Shown: positions 56,350 to 63,415 of the stretch, piece by piece
Position numbering within the stretch: the first letter of the stretch is position 1
Layout: each line of letters opens with the position of its first letter
NCBI RefSeq assembly: GCF_000315625.1
Contig: NW_005434538.1
Coordinates: forward strand, 47,855 to 111,269
Reading direction: 5' to 3'
DNA from: Guillardia theta CCMP2712
Taxonomy: Eukaryota > Protista > Cryptophyta
Length of the DNA stretch: 63,415 nt
Program-made: the position numbers and the translations under genes
The notes under the pieces: generated by a model
What the model saw: the letters and a program-made list of their open reading frames with translations, nothing else
The model's database searches: none
Told to the model about the DNA's origin: nothing

Positions 56350-59300
56350 ATGAGATCGAGGATGTTGAGGATCATGATGAGAGCACTCCTGACTGCAGGG
56401 ATGTTACTGAGGACCCAGCTTGCTGCAGCAAGTGATCTCTACCTCTACGATGGCGGATACAGGGAGGGGGCGAGTACAGGCCCTCTGTTTGGAAGGGACA
56501 TCTACTCTCCATTGCTCGGAGGCACTTGGGCAGGAGGAGAAGATGGAGTTGTGCTGAGGGATCCAGGCGGTGGCTTCGAGGTCTTCACCGAAGGATGGGG
56601 AGGGGAAGACAGAAGTGTGGCCGACAATGCTCTCTATGCTCCACTCCTGGGAGGAAGATACGCGGTCGGAGAGGGGGGAACGATCTGGAGGGACGTTGGA
56701 GGAGGTTGGGAGGCGTTTCTGGATAACGAGATTCCGAAACAGCCAACTGGGCCTTCAGATCCTCTGCTGCTGTATTCCGCAGGGGCTCCGTTGAGGGGCG
56801 GGAGCTTTGCTGTGGGAAGGACCTGTTCGTTCAGGAAATCAGGGTTGAAGTGGATTGAGGTAGAGCAGAAGGGACTGAATGTAACTGCTGTGGTGCGCAC
56901 CGGAGGAGAGTACTTTGCAAGCGCGCTTGATGGCAAGCTGGCTCGTTGGAACCGTTCCTCGCTGTCCTGGAACGTGATGCTGGCCTTGGAGGATGGAGTG
57001 GACCTGCTGTGCATTGACGCGGATGACGTGACTAGGAAGTTGTATGTAGGAGGAGAGCGGGGAAGGGTATTCGAGATCTCCTTGGCTTCTCTAGCAGTGA
57101 AGAACCTGTCTCTTGACGGATCTCTCACCGTACGCGGGATCTCAGCGCTGAACGGGCAGTCCGTCTGGGCCGTGGGCTCGGAAGGACTAGTGGGAAAGTG
57201 GAATGGAAGCTGGTACACACATCGCCTACCTTCCTCTATCGGCCTCAACGGGATCACGACTTCATTCTTAGACGTTGCAGTGGTTGCGGGGGACTTGGGT
57301 TCCTTGTTCCAATGTACATCATATGATGGGTGTGTTTCGTACAATGTGGCGTCGAATAGCAATTTCACGTCCGTGTCGTCCGACGGCAGTCGAGTCTTTG
57401 TGGTTGGGACAAATGCCACGGTTTTCAGCATGAGCAAGGTGAGATATCTCTCCTCGTTTTCTTCCGTTCCACCTTCCCGGCGTTTTCTTCCCTTCCACCT
57501 TCCCCACCTTACCTTCCACCTTCCCGTTGCTTCCTCCGCTTCACATTCCTACTCTCCTCCAGTTGCTTTCCCCCATCTCGCTCTGTTTTCCTCTATTCCA
57601 CGTGATAGTGAGCCCATGCTTGCAGGACAACTTGCAAGCAGGTTTTCGGAGGGTGAGCGTGAATGCCAACACAAACTTCACTTCCGTCTACGTGGGCAGC
57701 AACAACAACCAAGGCATCCTCATTGGAGACGAGACCGGGCAGATCTTTTCTTCCACAGACGGACTGACTTTCGTCAAGGAAAGTCTCCCGAGGAGCTGCG
57801 GCAAGATATCCTCTCTCTTCACCGTCGAGCGATGCTTGTTTTACGGGGACGAGATCATGGAGGATGGAGCGCCGCTCCTGAGGCTGCAGCCGGACTTCTG
57901 GCACTCTCCCTCCCTCAACCTCTACTGCGACGGAGGGGTCAGGACGGACTTTCGGATGGGCTTCCAGACGTTGGAGTTCCTCGTGCGAGCAGGAGCAGGA
58001 ACAGACGTCTGGCCGACCTTCAAGCTCTCCACGTGGGATCGATCCTCGGAGCAGGTGTCGATCGCCTTGTTCGTGGAGGGGGGCAAGGTGGACTCGAGCT
58101 GGAGAAAGGTGGTGATCCCTCTCACGGACCTGTCCAACGGCTGGGACCTGGGAAATGTCGAGCGGCTGATCTGGGGGAACATGACCAGCGGGAACTTGTA
58201 CGTCAAGAGCTGCTTGCTACCTGGGACCCAGCAGGTTGTCACCTCTACGGCCTTCGGCTTCACTGGGATCAACGAGACCTTCAACGACGTGATCGTGTTT
58301 GACACGACGGTTATCTCCTGCGGTCAGCTAGGGACGATCTTCAAGGTTGACCTCCTGGACAACTCGTGGTCCTCCTCCCGCATCCCGTCCTCCCCTCGCC
58401 TCAACAAGATCTCCGCCTCCTCCTCCCTCAAGTCCCTCCACGTGGTCGGGCACGGCACCACATTGCTCAGAGGTGACAAGGACAGCTGGAACTGGACCCC
58501 AGTGCCTCTCCCAGCTGAGGGCGACTTGTACTCGGTCTCCTTTGCGGATGACATGCACGGATGGGTCGTGGGCCAGCAGAAGTCCAGCAGCGGGGGGATC
58601 ATCTTCTTCTTCGACGGGGCTAGCTGGACTGTGCAGTTCGTGACTTCGCAACCACTCTTTGACGTACATGCTCTGAGCACGGAGAGCGTGCTCGCGTGTG
58701 GGGGAGGGGGAGGGATCTACCGGCTGGGCTCCGGAGGATGGGTCACTCTTGCCAGCTCAACCTCGTCCTCACTGCGCGGCATCGTCGCGCTGAGCTCCAC
58801 GGAGCAGTGGGCTGTCGGGGACGACGGTGTCGTGCTCAAGTCAGACGGAGCAGCATGGAGCCGGTGGAGCTTCGCTAGCACCAGCAGCTTCACTTCCATA
58901 TCTGCCTCCCCTGACTCTGACGTCATCATAGGAGCAGCCGACGGCTCTGTCCTCCAGGTTGGCCCTAAGGTGAGCGGGAGGACGGTAGTGATGAGCCTCC
59001 CCCGGGCCCAGCGCCTCCTCGGAGTTCACACGAGCGGCGTGTGCCTGTACAAGGGAGACGAGGTACCAGGAGAGGGCGGGGGGAGCACTCCAGCCCTCCG
59101 CTTCCGGGGGGACATGTACTACACGCCCTCCCTCCGACTCTACTGCGGAGGGAGGGGCCGAGTCAACATGTGCTCGTTTGACACCCTCCAGCTGGACATC
59201 CGTAAGGGCTCTGCTGGGGGGCCCGCGTACCCTACACTCAAGTTCTCTTCGTTCTCGAGCCAGGGGCGGGAGGTGGCGGTAGGAGCGGTGGACGGGACGT

Positions 59301-62300
59301 GGAGGCAGGTTGTCATCCCCCTGCTGGAGTTTGCGGTGGGTGACTGGAGGCTCTTCGACGTCGAGCTGTTGTCCATCGGCAACACATCGACCGCCTGCTC
59401 GGTCGCCCCGTCCGGCTATCGGCCAGCTGCGTGCGAGGACATTCTGGTGAGGAACGTGAAGCTCTCGGCTCGCTCCTCCCCATCCAGCCTCTGCAGCGAC
59501 ATCCTCCTGCTCAAAGACGGGATAGCTCGCAACGTCTCTCAGGTGACTGTTGCCCCTTTCACACCCTTCTCAGCTCACAGCCCAGCAGGCCTCCTTCACC
59601 CCCCTGACCTTCCGCTCCATGACGAGGCCTCTGCTCGCCTCGTGCAGCGCAGTCCGTCCCATGTTCCACCCGTTCTGCATCTCCGATGCTCAGCTGTGGG
59701 GATGCGGCGAGCGGGGACTGATCGCCAAGCTTGACCCCCACACCTTGCAGTGGAGCGTCGAGCAGCACGGGCTCACCAACGCCACCCTCAACTCCATCTT
59801 CGCCATCACCGCCAACACCATATGGGCGGTCGGGGCTAGAGGCGTCATTCTCAAGTACTCTCCGGGTACAGGCTGGCTCTCCTCCTCCTCCTCCTCCTCG
59901 TCTTCACACCCAGATTTACACGGCGTGACAGCTACGGCCGACAATCGAGCGTGGGTAGTCGGAGCAGACGGGACGATCTTGATGTTCGACGGGTCAAAGT
60001 GGATACAGGAAACGTCTCCGGTCTCCTCTCTCCTCCTCTCTGTCGCCAGTTCTGTGCCCGACGACTTCCTTGGCATCGAGGAGATGGTGTTTGCTGTCGG
60101 AGTACACGGCACCCTCCTCCGAAGGCTCACTAGCGGCTCGTGGTTGGAGCTTCGCCCCTCAGTCTCCCATACTCTCTTCGGCGTATGGGTCAAGGGGCCC
60201 GAGCAAGCGTTTGCAGTGGGAGGAAATGGCACCGTGCTGCGATGGAACGGAAGCGACTGGCTCAAGGAGGAGGTACCCACCAAGGAGGACTTGTTTGCTG
60301 TGGACGGGGACAAGGTGGGGACGGCAGTGGTGGTAGGAGCAGGTGGGACTGTGCTGAGCTGGCACTGGAGCCATACTTTCATGGCGGTGGAGAGCGGGAC
60401 GTCGAGGAGGCTTCTTGCCGTCAATGCGCGGGCAGGCTGCGCGTTCTTCGGGAGGGAGGTGCAGCAAGGAGGATACGGAGGAGGAAGGGCGCTTCTCTTC
60501 TCTCCTGACCACTGGCATGTCGGCTCCCTCCGGCTCTACTGCGGGACGGGAGTTGGTAGGAGGGACCTGTCGAAGCACGACGCTCTCTCCTTCCTCATTC
60601 GAAGTCCCGACAGGGACCCAGCTCAGCCCGTGCTCCGGCTGTCGACGTGGGACAGGTCCAGCAGGGACGTCAACTTGTCAAAGTACGTTGCTGGAGGCCT
60701 GGTGGACGGAGAGTGGAAGAGAGTTCGGATCCCTCTCGACGACCTGCGAACTCCTGACTGGAAGCTGGGAGGAGTGGAGACTATCGTCCTGCTGAACACG
60801 TCGGTAGGGTGTAACTTTGCATACCCGGGCTCCTACGGGAAGTGCAACCACTACTTGCTCGGTATGTGAATCGTACAGTGTTTAAGAGGGAGAGTGGGAT
60901 TATGATGGTGGTGATGGTGATGATGAATGTGATGATGATGATGAATGTGATGATGATGATGATGATGATGATGATTGGATGATGTGACGAAGACGACGAC
61001 GATTATGAGAGGAGGAGGAGGAGGAGGAGGAGGAGGAGGAGGAGGAGGAGGAGGAGGTGCTGAGTTCTCCTGCAGACGACATCACCGTCCTCGACGAGAC
61101 AGCTCCTTACCCAACTAAGGTCCAGGTGGAAACCAGCTCGATAATCATGATCCAGATGAACGAGCCGTATGACATCGGGCAGGTCAAGAACTTGACAACC
61201 TACAAGCTACAGTCCTCCTCCACCTCCTCGCCCAGCTGGTCCGCCCGGCCCTTGGAGGTCGGAATCTCCTACAGCTTCACCGGGTTCTCCCCCGGCAGCC
61301 TCTCACCTGAGAATGACTACCTCATCTACCTGCGCTTCAACCTCTCCCTCCCGGAGCTCGAGAGGGTTGATCTCTCCATCTCGGGACTGTCGGACGAGTC
61401 CGGCAACCGCATGCTCCCGTTCACGAGGACGCTGACGTGGAGCCGGACACAGAGTTCAAGGATGGTCAAGGTCAACATGCAAGGTTACCTTCCCGTCTCC
61501 CGCAAGATCGGGTATGTGGGGGGATGGATCGGCGACCTTGGAGGCCAGATCTTTGCGGTCAGCAGGTCAGGTGCCGTCCTCCGCTCTCCTCGACCCTCCT
61601 TGCCCTTCGCTCGGACGGAGTCGTCGCACGCCCGCAAGATCTCTGCAGTCGCTGCCATACGGGAGGACCATGCTGTGCTGGTGGGGGAGGGAGGGCTGAT
61701 TCTCGAGCTCCACGATGAGGTATGGGAAGCAGCAGACTCTCCCTCCTCCTCCGACCTCCTCGACGTCAAGTGCGGCATCTCCGGCTTCTGCTTTGCGATT
61801 GGTCGAAACTGCACCATCCTACAGCGTCCTCCGGGAAGGAGGAGGACGTGGAAGGCGATGGACGTCGGATGCAGCGAAACCCTGCTCGCTCTGTGGGTGG
61901 GACCACTACCCGTACATGACAAGACGCTGCAGATGGTGGCGGTGGGGGAAGGAGGACGGGTGGTGTGGTGGACCGAGAACGACGGGGTCAGCTTCCTCCA
62001 GTTGGGCAACGAGACGCTGAGAAGCATCGACTCTAGGATGGGGCAGGTGATCGTAGGAGGAGACGGTGGCTTCGTCTCCTTCCTAAGCTACGGCAAGTGG
62101 ATCTCTTGTCGCATGTTGGAGCTCCGGCACACGAGCATCACCAGCCTCTTCTCCCATCCCGTAACGAGGGACATCTGGGCTGGAACAGGAGACGGTTCAA
62201 TCGTGCTCCTGGTGCCCAACGCCGCTGACGAGGCCTGCGTGACGGTCCAGTCCTGGCAGCGGAAGGCTGAAGGGATCGGAGGTAACGGTGCGATCCTCTC

Positions 62301-63191
62301 GATCTCCCCAGTCTCCATGGAGTACTGCGGCTACTACCCCATGAGGAAGGGCTGCGTCTCCCTCCTCGCCATCGGGCAAGGAGGAAAGCTCCTCTCCTGG
62401 CCGGGGGACGTCGCCTACCCCTCGTGGACTGAGCTCTCCCTGTTCCCCGACGACCCCCTCATTGCCCTCTGCACGGTGCAGAAGGGACCGGTTCGCCTTC
62501 CTCTCGACCCTCCCACTGCACGGGTCGTGCGTAACGATACGCTCGAGACGGTGCTGGAGGTGCCGCTGAAGCTCGTAGCGGCGAATTGGCACCTGTCGGG
62601 AGAGGACGTGTACCAGTTTGATTTCTCCTCCCTCTCCTCCCAAGGCTTCTTCCGCGTCCTCGTCGACCATCTCGGCTCTTCCGAGGTCTTCTCCGTCAAC
62701 GTCAACTCCCTCGACTTCGCGGCCTACACCACAGCTCGAGCGCTCTTCTACCAGAGGTGCGGGCATGCAGGAGGGGTCTCTCCTCCCTTTGCGGACCCTA
62801 GGTTCCAGCGACCCGCCTGTCACCTCCACGACAGCGAGGAGGAGGGAGCTCAGGTCAGCGACGGAGTCTACCACGAGTCTATCGCCTCCTCCCCACTGTA
62901 TGCTGGGGAAGAGCTGACGGCAAGCTGGAAGGACTGGAGGACGACGCCGCTCACTCGGGACATGCATGGAGGGCACCATGACGCCGGCGACTTCAACAAG
63001 TACATGCCGTCAGCTGGAGAGATGCTGTGGTACCTCCTGCTCGGGCTCGATCTCGATCCTCAGAGGTTTGCTGATGACGTGTGGGACATTCCGGAGAGCG
63101 GAAACAACGTCCCGACCTGCTGGACGAGATCAAGTGGGAGACCGACTTCTGGCTGAGAGTGATGGCTGATGATGGAGGGATGTACCACAAG
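56350..63191 (+). CDS. Large secreted multidomain GH9 glycoside hydrolase (beta-propeller repeats, three CBM-like modules, Ig-like, CelD_N-like, start of GH9 catalytic domain); continues beyond the window
   Basis: Signal peptide; many W(A/V)VGxxG propeller blades; three repeats of ..LYC.G...L(K/R)(L/F)S(T/S)....W(R/K).V.IPL; KVNMQGYLP and SGEDVYQFDFSSL (CelD_N-like); ALFYQRCG and DMHGGHHDAGDFNKY (GH9). Introns at ~57439-57626, ~59543-59589, ~60862-61076; donor at 63192. One apparent 1-bp frameshift at ~63112. Confidence 0.85.
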
Positions 63192-63357
63192 GTAAGAAGG
63201 GGGCAAGGAGGGAGAGGATGGGGAGGGGGAGGTGGAGGGGAAGGGAAGAGGAGGAGGAAAAAGCGAAGAGGAGCGGGGCATCCAGTGACAGAATGCTTAT
63301 CAAAGTTGGAGAAGTTGTCGAGGAAGAGAGAGGAGGGGGAAAGACGGACGACGATGA

Positions 63358-63415
63358 AGGAGGAGGAGGAGGAGGAGGAGGAGGAGGAGGAGGAGGAGGA
63401 GGAGGAGGAGGAGGG
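63358..63415. repeat. (GAG)n microsatellite, intronic in the GH9 gene
   Basis: Perfect run to the window end, downstream of the GT donor at 63192. Confidence 0.92.

Overview
Eukaryotic, intron-containing DNA rich in trinucleotide microsatellites, with three 100-N gaps. The bipartite signal+Phe plastid leader, RWP-RK and Zn2Cys6 factors and short GT-AG introns point to a cryptophyte such as Guillardia theta (inference). Left to right: (1) a kinesin-10/KIF22-like gene with an aberrant switch I; (2) a ~9.7 kb gene that can be spliced in frame into one ~3,000 aa protein, caspase-like protease + circularly permuted SF2 ATPase + GREB1/TAGT-type glycosyltransferase + possible RAMA-like C-terminus, the most striking system here; (3) an amino-acid-transporter-like gene tail-to-tail with a plastid-targeted MATE gene; (4) an intronless Zn2Cys6 factor; (5) a Cys-rich surface protein; (6) a decayed intronless Cys-rich giant ORF; (7) a four-copy tandem array of a His/Asp-rich LIV-1-type ZIP transporter, interrupted by an 8.7 kb Copia-type element with a clean target-site duplication but no recognisable LTR pair; (8) an RWP-RK gene; (9) the 5' part of a large secreted beta-propeller/CBM-like/GH9 gene. 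Family calls come from motifs read by eye and recalled family knowledge. No searches were run.
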